DNA of 55,088 nt from contig JAUSOA010000021.1 of assembly GCA_030656435.1 (NCBI GenBank), positions 1 to 55,088 on the forward strand, read 5' to 3'. A program made the translations under genes and the position numbers. The DNA comes from Acholeplasmataceae bacterium (GTDB taxonomy: Bacteria > Bacillota_I > Bacilli_A > Acholeplasmatales > Acholeplasmataceae). The notes beneath the pieces were generated by a model, which saw nothing but the letters and a program-made list of their open reading frames with translations, did no database searches and was not told the origin of the DNA. Shown here piece after piece: positions 1 through 10,080 of the stretch (position 1 is the first letter of the stretch; every line of letters starts with the position of its first letter).

Positions 1-785
1 AGTGGTGCAACAATGACATCGCGATTTGGAAATACCTTTTGAATTTCAGATTTAAACCATTCAGCAGCATTATCATTATGAGCATGAGAAATAAATGTTA
101 ACACATTTAAATCCTTAGTCTCTTCTATATATTTTTCTAAAACGCGTTGCTGTGCCTTATGAGTCGTTCTAATCTTTTCTAATGATGCAACCTTGCCGTC
201 ATCTCCTAAAACGAGTAGTGGCTTTAATTGAAGCATGGTTCCAAGTGTACCTTGAAGCTTAGATAGACGTCCATTTTTAACTAGATAAAGTAGTGTGTCA
301 ACTGCGAAATAGACAGTATCGTTATCTCTAATAGTTTCTAAATGAGCAACGATATCTTTTACCGATAATCCCTCTTCTGCCATACGGTGTGCTTCTAATA
401 CCATATAAGCTTCACTATAAGCTAATGTCTTAGAATCAAACGCTGTAACCTTAATCTTTACTTCACTAGCAACTCTCTTTACCGCTTCAAATAGACCTGA
501 AAGCTGTGATGAGATGGTGATAACAAGTGCTTCTTCATATCCTTCTGCTTCAAGCTCTTCAAAGATTTCAATCATTTTTCCTGGTGATACATATGATGTT
601 TTTGGAATATCGTTTGGATCGTTTGCTATTCTTTCATAAAATGTTTTAGCGTCAATATCAACAAAATCATCATAGGATTCATCTGTGCCAAAATGAATGA
701 CTGAACGTAGAATTCTAATGTCCTTTGGATAATCTAGGTAATCTAGACCTGCGTTACTGCATGTTAAAATCGCGATTTTTTTCAT
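1..785 (-). CDS. DegV family fatty-acid-binding protein (FakB-like), runs off the window edge
   Basis: Hand translation from ATG at 785: MKKIAILTCSNAGLDY...PKTSYVSPG...ITISSQLSG...AVDTLLYLVKNGRLS...LQLKPLL; GGAG upstream; absent from the ORF track because it is truncated. Confidence 0.9.
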   Translation of the reverse strand, partial: MKKIAILTCSNAGLDYLDYPKDIRILRSVIHFGTDESYDDFVDIDAKTFYERIANDPNDIPKTSYVSPGKMIEIFEELEAEGYEEALVITISSQLSGLFEAVKRVASEVKIKVTAFDSKTLAYSEAYMVLEAHRMAEEGLSVKDIVAHLETIRDNDTVYFAVDTLLYLVKNGRLSKLQGTLGTMLQLKPLLVLGDDGKVASLEKIRTTHKAQQRVLEKYIEETKDLNVLTFISHAHNDNAAEWFKSEIQKVFPNRDVIVAP

Positions 786-823
786 ATGATCTCCTTTGTT
801 TTCTTAATCGTTTTTGATTGTAC

Positions 824-1444
824 TTATATTTTACCAATTAAATCTTGAAAACTATCTATGTTTTTGTAATTTTGCAGTCTTTCTTTATGTTGATGTCCTT
901 TTGTAAAAAGGATAATGTCCATTCCAAGCTCTTTTGCTACCTCTGCATCGTGTAATGTATCGCCAACCATTACGGCGTTTTTCGTATCAATATTCATCTT
1001 TTCAATAAAATCTTTTCCGACTTGAACCTTACTTTTTGCATAGACATTTGATGTACCTAAAACGTACTGAAATAAATGTCTAATCTCAAAGTGCTTCAGC
1101 TGTTCCTCTAAGTTTTTTTCTTCAGATGCAGATAAAAGAATGTTGATGTATCCCATTTTTTCAAAATGTTTGATTGTATCTACTGCATTTTCATGAAGTG
1201 ACAGTTTCAAGCTTCTAGGTTGATAGGAATCAATAAAGCGGTGCGCAAGCACCTTAAATGGTGTTTTTTTGAGATCATAGACCTTAGCGTAATAGGCTTC
1301 TACAGGAAATGTGAAAATCATTAAATATTCTTCAAAGGTTACTGTTGGTCTTTCTTCTTCGATTAACATTTCATTTAAGATATCAAAGCATAGCCTTGCA
1401 TCATCAAGGATTGTTCCATTAAAGTCCCAAAATATATATTTCAT
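824..1444 (-). CDS. HAD family hydrolase (phosphoglycolate phosphatase-like)
   Basis: Motif I WDFNGT, LSAS, MVGDTLHD. Confidence 0.85.
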   Translation of the reverse strand: MKYIFWDFNGTILDDARLCFDILNEMLIEEERPTVTFEEYLMIFTFPVEAYYAKVYDLKKTPFKVLAHRFIDSYQPRSLKLSLHENAVDTIKHFEKMGYINILLSASEEKNLEEQLKHFEIRHLFQYVLGTSNVYAKSKVQVGKDFIEKMNIDTKNAVMVGDTLHDAEVAKELGMDIILFTKGHQHKERLQNYKNIDSFQDLIGKI

Positions 1445-1450
1445 ATTGCC

Positions 1451-1894
1451 TCACTTATGATAAGGATGATTTTTTAGAATCATAAAGCCTCTATAGATTT
1501 GTTCAATTAAGATTAAACGCATCAACTGATGCGGAAAAGTCATTTTAGAAAAAGAGATTTCTTTATTGGATCTCTTTAGAACATCATTTGATAGACCATA
1601 GGACCCACCAATAACAAATACTAAATCTCCTTGTTGATAGGTAGATATTTGATCTAACATTTCACTAAAGCCTTCGCTAGATGTCATTTTGCCTAGGATT
1701 GCAAGGCTTACTACATAATCAGAATCCTTTATTTTTGATAAAATTTTACTTCCTTCGATATCTACACCTTGAATGGTGGATTCATCTTGTACCTCAATGA
1801 ATTCTATTTTAACAGGGATTTGTTTTTGATAATATAAAATGCCTTCTTCTAAATATTTTTGATTGAGTTTTCCAACAACAATAATTTTAATCAT
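1451..1894 (-). CDS. rlmH: 23S rRNA pseudouridine(1915)-N3 methyltransferase
   Basis: SPOUT motifs FVIGGSYG, SFSKMTFPHQLMRLILIEQIYR, HPYHK. Confidence 0.95.
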   Translation of the reverse strand: MIKIIVVGKLNQKYLEEGILYYQKQIPVKIEFIEVQDESTIQGVDIEGSKILSKIKDSDYVVSLAILGKMTSSEGFSEMLDQISTYQQGDLVFVIGGSYGLSNDVLKRSNKEISFSKMTFPHQLMRLILIEQIYRGFMILKNHPYHK

Positions 1895-2661
1895 AAAATA
1901 ATCACTGGTAATCCATCTTGAGAAGCATAAAAGACTTCTACTTTGGTTGGATCATCGAATTCCTTAATAATCGCCATATCAATATCTTCTATACAGTTAC
2001 AATCCTCAGATATATGAGCAACAACCCATTTACTGACTTTATTTTTAATCAATGCATTCATAAGTCTTGCAGCATCTTCATTCGAAAGATGTCCTCTTTC
2101 GCTAACAATACGTTTTTTTAATAGGAATGGTCTAGCGGATTGAAATAAAGTGAACGGATTATGGTTCGCTTCTAATATATAAAGATCTGCATCTCTTAAT
2201 AGTTCATAGTAGCTTTGATCCACATATCCAGAATCTGTTAAGATAACCATTTTTTTAACATGATTTTCAATAACAAAACCGACAGGCTCTGCAGCATCAT
2301 GGGAAAGCATAAAAGGCGTGATCTTCATCTCGCCTAACAAAAACTTTATATCCGCACTAATAATGTGTGTATTGATAAACATTTTGACAACATCAACAGG
2401 TAGACTATTATAAGTCCCTTGAGTCAAATAAACATCCTCAATTCCACCCTGTTTCAAAAGCATTTTTAGTCCCGTGATATGATCATGATGTTCATGGGTA
2501 ATAAAAAGCGTTTTGACGTCATATATATTCTCTTGATATTCAAGCATTTTATTCTTCATTTTTAGATAGCTAATACCAGCATCGATAAAGACTCTAATAT
2601 CACCTACTTTTAAGTAGGTCATATTCCCCTTCGACCCGGACGCCATTACAAATACTTCCAC
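1891..2661 (-). CDS. walJ: MBL-fold metallohydrolase, YycJ/WalJ family
   Basis: ASGSKGN, THEHHDH, SHDAAEP, LEANH, GHLSN, AHISED; GTG start at 2661 chosen for the AGGTGA RBS. Confidence 0.85.
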   Translation of the reverse strand: MEVFVMASGSKGNMTYLKVGDIRVFIDAGISYLKMKNKMLEYQENIYDVKTLFITHEHHDHITGLKMLLKQGGIEDVYLTQGTYNSLPVDVVKMFINTHIISADIKFLLGEMKITPFMLSHDAAEPVGFVIENHVKKMVILTDSGYVDQSYYELLRDADLYILEANHNPFTLFQSARPFLLKKRIVSERGHLSNEDAARLMNALIKNKVSKWVVAHISEDCNCIEDIDMAIIKEFDDPTKVEVFYASQDGLPVIIL

Positions 2662-2794
2662 TATAATCACCTTCTTTTATGATATCACGAAAATATGTGA
2701 GATTAACAAATAAAATGAAAGTGGTTGCAATAGCCCAGTAAAAATGCTATATTATAAATGCTTGTATGAAATACATTGAAGGAGTGAACACACA

Positions 2795-5740
2795 ATGAAT
2801 CAAATAAAAACATTAAGGAAGCTTGCGGTATTAGTGCTAGTATTGGCAAGTGTACTTACGTTGGCTGCATGCAAAAGCGGCGACAAAACACCTTACGGAA
2901 ACATCTCAGATGATCCTTATCTAACCCTAGGTGATATCACTGTAACGGAAAAAGAATTATATGATCAATTACGTTTACAAGGTGCTTCTATTTTAGCAAC
3001 AATGGTTGACGAAACGATCTTTGCATCTCGCATTACTGAAGTCAAAGCATTAATACTTCAAGGCGATGAAGATCTTAATGACTACTTGGATGACACAATC
3101 AACAACGCAATCCACGGCAGTACAAATAAAGAATCCTTAGAGAAGCTTTATACTGATAATCCTGAAAGATTTGCTAGAAACATTGAGCAATTTGTAGACT
3201 CTTTATACCTTTTAGATAACAGCGTGGATATCGCTGCAGTCAAGGCTAGCATTGGAGCATTAACAGTAGCTTATGAAGGCTATTCAGCAATTCCATCACT
3301 TATGGAACGCTATGCTTTAAGAGTGACTCAAAGACAATATGCAAAAGAAATTCTTGATGCTGAAGTTCTAGATGATAAAAATACGAACTACATCACTGAA
3401 GCAAATCTAGTCACTTACTACAAGAACAATATGGAAGGTCGCTATGATGTTGATGCCCTAGTTATTCGTTTCATTAATTTAAATGAAGCAAATGCTGCAT
3501 TATATCAAGCAAGTATCAAATCAGACTCTAGAGGTCTTTGGTACAAGATTCCTGATATTAGAATTCTTGAAGGTAACCCAGGTTATATTGACTTAGATGA
3601 TTTATCACAAACTGGTTATGGTCATGTACGCACGATTCTAAGTGATTTAGGTATTTTAGGTAAGCTTGGTGCTGACCTTGAAGACCGCGCTCAAATTAGC
3701 GTATTAGATTATGAAAACTATTATAAGAGATATGTCATTTCTACATCAAGAGACACTGGTCTTGCTGATGAAGCTTTAACAACAGCACAAGTTAAAGCAG
3801 AATTTGTTAAAATCTATAATATCTTAAATCCAGCTGCTCAAGTTGAAGTTGCTGTTGATGGTTCTATTGTTGGCACTTTAGGTTCTACTTTTAGTTCAAC
3901 ATTTACTTATGATGATTTAACAAAATTAAATACATCATTAAGAAGCCATGTTTATACTACACTTACTGCTGAAAAATCCTTAACAGATCCAAATGATTTA
4001 ACTACAGAAAAGCCTTTCTCATCACGCGTTCAAACATTCGGAAACTCTCGTTACTTAGTGTTTAAATTATCCGATGAAAAAGCTTCTGAAACTGGAATTC
4101 TTGTAGAAGATCCAGCAGATAGCGCGAAACAAATTTTCGGTGACTCTCAAGAAGCTCTTGATATCAAGGCTGAAGTATTTAAAAAACTATTCGATACTAA
4201 ATTATCATCAACTTATATCTCAACTAAGGTTAACAAGCTTTATGAAGATATGGAATTAAACATCTATGATAAAGTTGTTCGTATTTTCTATGAACAATCC
4301 TATGGTTATGAAGGATCTACTAAGAACAAGTCTGGTAACATTCTTGCTGATGTCGATGGAAAAAACATTACTGTTGAAGATTTCTTCAATCGTCTTGAAA
4401 AATCATATGGCATTAACTTAGCACTTGATATCGCATCCAATAAGTATCTACTAGCGAGTGCAGATTACACTGTGTCTGCAAAAGATTTAGCTGATTATAA
4501 GAAGCAATTCGAAGATATCATCAGTCAGTTTTCTGCAAATAACTTTGCATCTTCAGGATTCCCAGCTTCAATGGGTAGAGAAAAGTTCTTACTTCTTGCT
4601 TTTGGTTCAACAACCAATACAGAAGCTGTAAACCAACTTTATGTATATCCAGAGCTTAGAGGACAATACATGGAAGATATCGAAGGTCATTTCAGTGCTA
4701 CAAATTACACAATCTATGAAAAGCTTGCAGATCTTGCAGAGCTTCAATACAATAACTTTAAATCCATTAACGTAAGTCATTTATTAATTTATGTTGATAC
4801 AAATGGCGACGGTTCACCAGATGATCCACAAAAGTATCTTGATAGTTTAGGTGCAGCTGGTGCTGAACAAGTCCTTGATGGTCTAGTTGAACTTGTTGAA
4901 CTTCTTTATAACAAGGTTGGAGACTATAAGGGATTCCCAGAAGGCTTAACAGCACTTGCAGCTGAATTTAACAATTCAGGACGTATCCTACGTGGTAGTG
5001 TTACACCCCCATTTGATTATCAAATCGAACAATTATGGTCAAAATATCGTCAGTTAGGTTTCTACTTAAAGTATGAAACACTTCCATCTGCGATTACTAA
5101 CACTTCAAATGTTATTACTGGTCAAAGTGTATTAGACCCTGTCTTCTACAATAGAGCAATGCAACTTCATGCACAACTTGAATTGATTCAAGATGATGCT
5201 TCTAAGTTCCCTCTATTAGACCTTTATCAAACAGTTATTACTAAAAATGCACTTGATGAAGTTAAGTCATCATTCGGTTGGCATTTAATTCTTGCTACTT
5301 CTGTTAAAAAGACAACATCTGCAGTATTTAGTGCAGCTGATGATGAAGAAGGCAAGTACGTATCATCAAGTGATGCAACATTAAATGTTTATAATGAAGA
5401 CTCACTAACATTAACTGCATCACAGATCAAGTTCTATTTAACAGAACAAAAATCTGATGAAGGCGTTGTACTTCCACCTGTTGTACAAACTGCTGTATCA
5501 AGCTACTTAACTCCAGTACTTACAAGATATAACAACACCTACATGCAAAGAGAGTTAATCTTCAAGTTATTAGCAGATGCTACTTATGCAGATGCTAATG
5601 GCGCTGCAAGATTCCAAGTGATTAGACAAATCAACAGACGTCAGTTAAATGAATATCTATTATCAACAACTGGTGTTAATGATGTAAACTATGGTAATCT
5701 TTACGGTACTTGGTTTACAATTCTAGAAAGTGGTTTATAA
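2795..5740 (+). CDS. Large lipoprotein with two PrsA-like (NC plus parvulin) units
   Basis: Lipobox LAAC; two PrsA N-terminal-like segments; parvulin motifs SHLLI and VKSSFGWHLI; next to yhaM as prsA is in Bacillus. Confidence 0.7.
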   Translation: MNQIKTLRKLAVLVLVLASVLTLAACKSGDKTPYGNISDDPYLTLGDITVTEKELYDQLRLQGASILATMVDETIFASRITEVKALILQGDEDLNDYLDDTINNAIHGSTNKESLEKLYTDNPERFARNIEQFVDSLYLLDNSVDIAAVKASIGALTVAYEGYSAIPSLMERYALRVTQRQYAKEILDAEVLDDKNTNYITEANLVTYYKNNMEGRYDVDALVIRFINLNEANAALYQASIKSDSRGLWYKIPDIRILEGNPGYIDLDDLSQTGYGHVRTILSDLGILGKLGADLEDRAQISVLDYENYYKRYVISTSRDTGLADEALTTAQVKAEFVKIYNILNPAAQVEVAVDGSIVGTLGSTFSSTFTYDDLTKLNTSLRSHVYTTLTAEKSLTDPNDLTTEKPFSSRVQTFGNSRYLVFKLSDEKASETGILVEDPADSAKQIFGDSQEALDIKAEVFKKLFDTKLSSTYISTKVNKLYEDMELNIYDKVVRIFYEQSYGYEGSTKNKSGNILADVDGKNITVEDFFNRLEKSYGINLALDIASNKYLLASADYTVSAKDLADYKKQFEDIISQFSANNFASSGFPASMGREKFLLLAFGSTTNTEAVNQLYVYPELRGQYMEDIEGHFSATNYTIYEKLADLAELQYNNFKSINVSHLLIYVDTNGDGSPDDPQKYLDSLGAAGAEQVLDGLVELVELLYNKVGDYKGFPEGLTALAAEFNNSGRILRGSVTPPFDYQIEQLWSKYRQLGFYLKYETLPSAITNTSNVITGQSVLDPVFYNRAMQLHAQLELIQDDASKFPLLDLYQTVITKNALDEVKSSFGWHLILATSVKKTTSAVFSAADDEEGKYVSSSDATLNVYNEDSLTLTASQIKFYLTEQKSDEGVVLPPVVQTAVSSYLTPVLTRYNNTYMQRELIFKLLADATYADANGAARFQVIRQINRRQLNEYLLSTTGVNDVNYGNLYGTWFTILESGL

Positions 5741-5758
5741 GATTCAATTATAAAGTAT

Positions 5759-5791
5759 AAGAGGCTACTCAATTGAGTAACCTCTTTTTTT
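5759..5791. terminator. Intrinsic terminator between convergent genes
   Basis: AAGAGGCTACTC-AATT-GAGTAACCTCTT hairpin followed by a T tract. Confidence 0.8.
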
Positions 5792-5796
5792 ACGAT

Positions 5797-6720
5797 TTAT
5801 TTGATTTTGTGCTTATAAAATCTTGTTTTATCCATCACAGAGATCATCTGAGTAAATACACCATCTGCTGTATCTTCCAAGGTTTCACCTAAAACAGTAA
5901 ATTTAGAATCAATGGTATCTATAAACCATAGCAGTAACGCTTCACCTGTTTGAGGTTTCTTTGGAGAACCAAAGTTATATTGACCATGATGTGAGATAAT
6001 CATGTGCTTTAGCATTAAAACTTCTTCTGTTTTTTCAAAGCCTAATTCTCTAGCGACTCGATCAATATCAACGGTTTGCATGACTAAATGTCCGATTAGT
6101 AAGCCTTCCTTTGTATATTCACCATCAACTCCACTAATCTCACTTATCTTTGACATATCGTGTAAAATCGTTCCTGAGTATAATAAGTCCTTATTCAAGT
6201 AAGGATAGATTGAGATGAATGGATCAATAAGCTTTAGCATTGTATAGGTATGATGTGATAGACCTCCAACATATGAATGATGGAATTTAGTTGCTGCTGG
6301 ATGCATGTAAAACAATTTTTCGTTTTCCTTATATATCTTTTTAGTTATTTTCTTTAAAATTTCATTTTCTATTTTATTTAAATAGGATTCGATTCCTTTT
6401 TTGATTTGCATCATCGGAATCGGTGCGTAAACATAAAATCTTTCTAGGACCTTAGCAAGCTCTTCATCAGATAGCACTTCCTCTGCTGGAGTGAAGGAAA
6501 GACATTTTAAAATCAATTCATCTTCGATTTTTACGATTGCTTGAGCTTGAAATTCGTAAACCTTTCCCATGGATAAAAGTGGAAGTTGTTCAAAATCTAA
6601 TTTCAAATTGATATGCTCGCTTTCTATGGTTAATACTGTAGTATTACAGAAGTGTGCTCCATGATTAATTGATTCGACTTTGCCTATAATCTTGTATGTC
6701 ACATTTACATTTAGTTCCAT
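5797..6720 (-). CDS. yhaM: 3'-5' exoribonuclease YhaM family (HD domain)
   Basis: PAATKFHHSYVGGLSHHT, LHDMSK, LIGHL, HMIISHHG, PKKP; ATG at 6720 after AGGAGA. Confidence 0.85.
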   Translation of the reverse strand: MELNVNVTYKIIGKVESINHGAHFCNTTVLTIESEHINLKLDFEQLPLLSMGKVYEFQAQAIVKIEDELILKCLSFTPAEEVLSDEELAKVLERFYVYAPIPMMQIKKGIESYLNKIENEILKKITKKIYKENEKLFYMHPAATKFHHSYVGGLSHHTYTMLKLIDPFISIYPYLNKDLLYSGTILHDMSKISEISGVDGEYTKEGLLIGHLVMQTVDIDRVARELGFEKTEEVLMLKHMIISHHGQYNFGSPKKPQTGEALLLWFIDTIDSKFTVLGETLEDTADGVFTQMISVMDKTRFYKHKIK

Positions 6721-6730
6721 GTTCAATCTC

Positions 6731-7879
6731 CTATTCTTTAACGTGCTCTAAAACGTAGGCTTCTAGTGCACTTTTTTCATTTTTCAATCTTCTATTTAAA
6801 ACCTCAATAACCATTTCGGTTTGAAGGTTTTTAAGCCAAGAACCTGCTTTTTTATTGGTTAATTTCATGATCTCGGTTGCTCTTAGCTTTAAATCAAGGT
6901 CACTTTGAATTGGAAGATTTTCATAATCTAATTCAATTTTTGTCTTCAAATTCTTAGACTTACCCAACATGAAATTGACACGATTTGCTAGTAAGCATAA
7001 ATCAATACCATAGGTATATAGTGTATAGGGGTCAAAATCCTGGTGCTTTTTCGCGAGCATGCTAGCAACCTCATAGCGGTGCTTATGTTTATTTGAAAAT
7101 GGCCATTCAGTGGGAACAGATCCATGTAGAGTAAACGATAGTGCGAAGAATGCATCCACATAGGGCATTTCATCAAGTTTTAGTGTATATAAGAATCCCT
7201 TTTCTAGTCCAGGAAGTACTTCATGAACCTTCGTCGTTACAATCGATTGGATTGCGCGCTTGACGTGTGTCCCTTGAAGCATTTTAATGATTTCATTCAA
7301 AATGCGCTCCATAGCAACTTCCTTGAGTCTTAATCTAGACTCATAGATTGCATCTCTTGTCGCTGCATCAATTTGAAATCCTAGCTTGGACTGAAAATAG
7401 AAGGCACGCATGATTCTAAGTGCATCTTCATTAAACCGGTCTAATGGATTTCCAATTGTGCGAATGATTTTCGCGTGAATATCATTTTTACCACCAACAT
7501 AATCGATGATTTCATTTTTTTCGTTCATTAAAAGACCGTTGATTGTAAAATCACGACGCTTAACATCTTCTTCTGCAGTTTCTGCGAAAGTGACGTTATC
7601 TGGGTGTCTTCCATCCTGATACTCACCATCGACTCTAAATGTTGTGACCTCATAGGTCTCTTCATTCATAAAGACAGTAACCGTTCCATATTTTAAGCCT
7701 GTTGGCTTTGTTCTAAATATTTTTGAAACCTCATGAGGCTTCGCATTCGTTGTAATATCAATATCTGTTAAGGGTATACGCAAAATATGGTCCCTTACGG
7801 CACCACCTACAATATATGCTTCAAATCCCTTTTTCTTTAAATCATTGATAACCCATTTTGCGCCTTTTATAGTCGACAT
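6731..7879 (-). CDS. cca: CCA tRNA nucleotidyltransferase (class II)
   Basis: VGGAVRD, DIDIT, EVTTFR, RRDFTIN, EDALRIMR. Confidence 0.9.
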   Translation of the reverse strand: MSTIKGAKWVINDLKKKGFEAYIVGGAVRDHILRIPLTDIDITTNAKPHEVSKIFRTKPTGLKYGTVTVFMNEETYEVTTFRVDGEYQDGRHPDNVTFAETAEEDVKRRDFTINGLLMNEKNEIIDYVGGKNDIHAKIIRTIGNPLDRFNEDALRIMRAFYFQSKLGFQIDAATRDAIYESRLRLKEVAMERILNEIIKMLQGTHVKRAIQSIVTTKVHEVLPGLEKGFLYTLKLDEMPYVDAFFALSFTLHGSVPTEWPFSNKHKHRYEVASMLAKKHQDFDPYTLYTYGIDLCLLANRVNFMLGKSKNLKTKIELDYENLPIQSDLDLKLRATEIMKLTNKKAGSWLKNLQTEMVIEVLNRRLKNEKSALEAYVLEHVKE

Positions 7880-7987
7880 TTTATCACCGTTAATATTATA
7901 CCAAAAGTTAACGATTTATGAAACGTCGAGTTTCTTTATTTGAATGCATGGAGTTCATTTGATAAGATAATGCTGAGGTGATTTGAC

Positions 7988-8521
7988 ATGAGAAAAACGA
8001 TTTTATATATCGCAATGACCTTAGATGGTTATATCGCGGATGACAAAGATGATTTTTCTTTTCTTGCCCCCTATAATGGATTAGAGAGTGTTTCAAAAAG
8101 CTACGAGAGCTTATTATCAAGAATTGATACCTTAATCATGGGAAAAAGAACCTTTGATGTCATCAATAGAATAGTAGATTGGCCTTATCAAAGTATCGAA
8201 TCCTATATTATGACTAGAAAGATAGAAAAAGATCAAGATCATATTTTTTACCGCTCTGATATAAAGGAATTGATTACGGAATTAAAGAATAAAAATGGTA
8301 AGGACATTTGGATTGTTGGTGGTGGATTATTGATATCTAGCATGCTAGAAATGAATTTGATCGATGAATTTCAAATCGCGATAGTTCCAAAGTTAATAGG
8401 ATCTGGAAAACCTTTATTTCCATCCATGAACTACCTGGAGGACTTAGAACTTATCGAGATGAAAAATTTAGATGGTCTCGTCTTTCTAACCTATAAAAAA
8501 AATAACAGCATTGGCTGTTAA
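7988..8521 (+). CDS. Dihydrofolate reductase-like RibD C-terminal domain protein
   Basis: IAMTLDGYIA, MGKRTF, IWIVGGG, LIDE, PKLIGSGKPLF. Confidence 0.85.
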   Translation: MRKTILYIAMTLDGYIADDKDDFSFLAPYNGLESVSKSYESLLSRIDTLIMGKRTFDVINRIVDWPYQSIESYIMTRKIEKDQDHIFYRSDIKELITELKNKNGKDIWIVGGGLLISSMLEMNLIDEFQIAIVPKLIGSGKPLFPSMNYLEDLELIEMKNLDGLVFLTYKKNNSIGC

Positions 8522-9369
8522 TTTTTCAAGAAGATTCCGACACCGATTACGTCAGGTCCGATATGTGCTCCAACAACTGGTGTACTTGGAGCTTCATAAA
8601 GATTCTCTAATCCCAATTCGTTTTTTAAGGTTTCGATAAAATGTGCTCTAAGTCTTGGATTCCCAGTATATAAAACATAGGCATCAAATTCTCTTCCATT
8701 GGTATATGCAATCACCTTGCTGGCAATCGATGATAATGCATTTTTAATGTTTCTAATTTTTTCAATCGATACAATATGACCTGATTCTTGAACCTGAAGA
8801 ATCGGTTTTATTTTTAAAAGCCTTCCAACAAATGCTTGTGCATTGCTTAATCTTCCGTTATTCACTAAATAGGTTAATGAATCAACCGCGAAGAAAATCG
8901 TATTTCTTTTTCTCATTTCAATGAGATGTGTCTCAATTTCATCAAATGTTTTGTTTTCTCTTAGCATTTTATCAGCCTCAAGAGCGAAAAGTCCTTCGGA
9001 GAAACAAACCGTTTTTGTATCAAAGACTCTAATCTTCATTTTATCTTCGAGTTCCTTACTTGCTAGAACAATCGCGTTATGTGTACCACTTAAAACTGAA
9101 GCGATTGTCGTTACGAAGATTTCATTATATCCTTGTTCATAAAGTTCTTCAAAAAATGAAATAACTTCACCTACAGATGGTTGACTTGTTTTAGGAATTA
9201 AATCGGGTTCATCTCGAAGTATCCGGTAAAACTCATCTGCCTTTAAATCTTCTCCATCCAAATATCCCTTTTCATTCAAAAATACCTTGATTCTTAATAT
9301 TTTGACATGGTGAGAAAATGGATAGTAATCCAATCCACCAGTCGATGTATCTACGATGATACGGTTCAC
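8518..9369 (-). CDS. DegV family protein
   Basis: PKTSQPS, LSGT, LVNNGRL, KIKPIL, PVVGAHIGP. Confidence 0.9.
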   Translation of the reverse strand: MNRIIVDTSTGGLDYYPFSHHVKILRIKVFLNEKGYLDGEDLKADEFYRILRDEPDLIPKTSQPSVGEVISFFEELYEQGYNEIFVTTIASVLSGTHNAIVLASKELEDKMKIRVFDTKTVCFSEGLFALEADKMLRENKTFDEIETHLIEMRKRNTIFFAVDSLTYLVNNGRLSNAQAFVGRLLKIKPILQVQESGHIVSIEKIRNIKNALSSIASKVIAYTNGREFDAYVLYTGNPRLRAHFIETLKNELGLENLYEAPSTPVVGAHIGPDVIGVGIFLKN

Positions 9370-9458
9370 CTTAAGGCCCCCTTCGATTCGAACATATCTA
9401 TCATATCAAATATAAGGATAACTGTAAAGGTATGCTATACTAAAATAGTGGTGATCCT

Positions 9459-10061
9459 ATGAAATATTTGAAGGAAAAGACGATTCATCAAATCGATATC
9501 AATAAGTCAATCTTTATTGGAATACTATATCCCTTAACCTCTGAGGCTGATATATCTTTATGTCTTAATGACGCAAAAGAATCCTTTCCTAAGGCCAATC
9601 ATTATTGTAGTGCTTCTATTTTTGGTGATACTGGTGAACATCAAACGGCATCCGATGACGGTGAACCATCACGTACTGCAGGTATTCCTATATTAGAGGT
9701 ATTAAAGCATCATGATGTTACCAACATCTTATGCGTGGTTGTTCGTTTTTTTGGAGGAATTAAACTTGGTGCTGGTGGACTTTTAAGAGCATATACAAAG
9801 GCGAGTGCTGATGTGATCAAGCTCGCTAAGTTTTATCAAAAGAAAACAGTCCCCTCCTATGAAATTACCTTTGGATATCATCTGATTAATCAAATGGATC
9901 AGTTTTTAAATGAAAAAGCGACAATCGTCACGAAAAGCTTCCTGACGAATGTCACTTATAAAATCATAGTGAATGCTGATACTTCTTTACTAACTGATAT
10001 TTCACATCAGCTCATCGGTTACAAGGAACTACCATCAGAAACAATTTTTATCGATTCATAA
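9459..10061 (+). CDS. YigZ/IMPACT family protein
   Basis: DDGEPSRTAG, VVRFFGGIKLGAGGLLRAY. Confidence 0.9.
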   Translation: MKYLKEKTIHQIDINKSIFIGILYPLTSEADISLCLNDAKESFPKANHYCSASIFGDTGEHQTASDDGEPSRTAGIPILEVLKHHDVTNILCVVVRFFGGIKLGAGGLLRAYTKASADVIKLAKFYQKKTVPSYEITFGYHLINQMDQFLNEKATIVTKSFLTNVTYKIIVNADTSLLTDISHQLIGYKELPSETIFIDS

Positions 10062-10080
10062 AGCCTAAATGGCTTTTTTT
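10061..10080 (+). terminator. Short intrinsic terminator after the yigZ-like gene
   Basis: AAGCC-TAAAT-GGCTT plus T tract. Confidence 0.55.

Noticed and set aside
1445-1470. rlmH (orfX) 3' end as an integration site for an SCC-like element
   Set aside because: The HAD gene starts 6 nt after the stop; no recombinase or att duplication.
7908-8120. 70-aa minus-strand ORF
   Set aside because: Antisense to the DHFR-like gene, with no recognisable motif.
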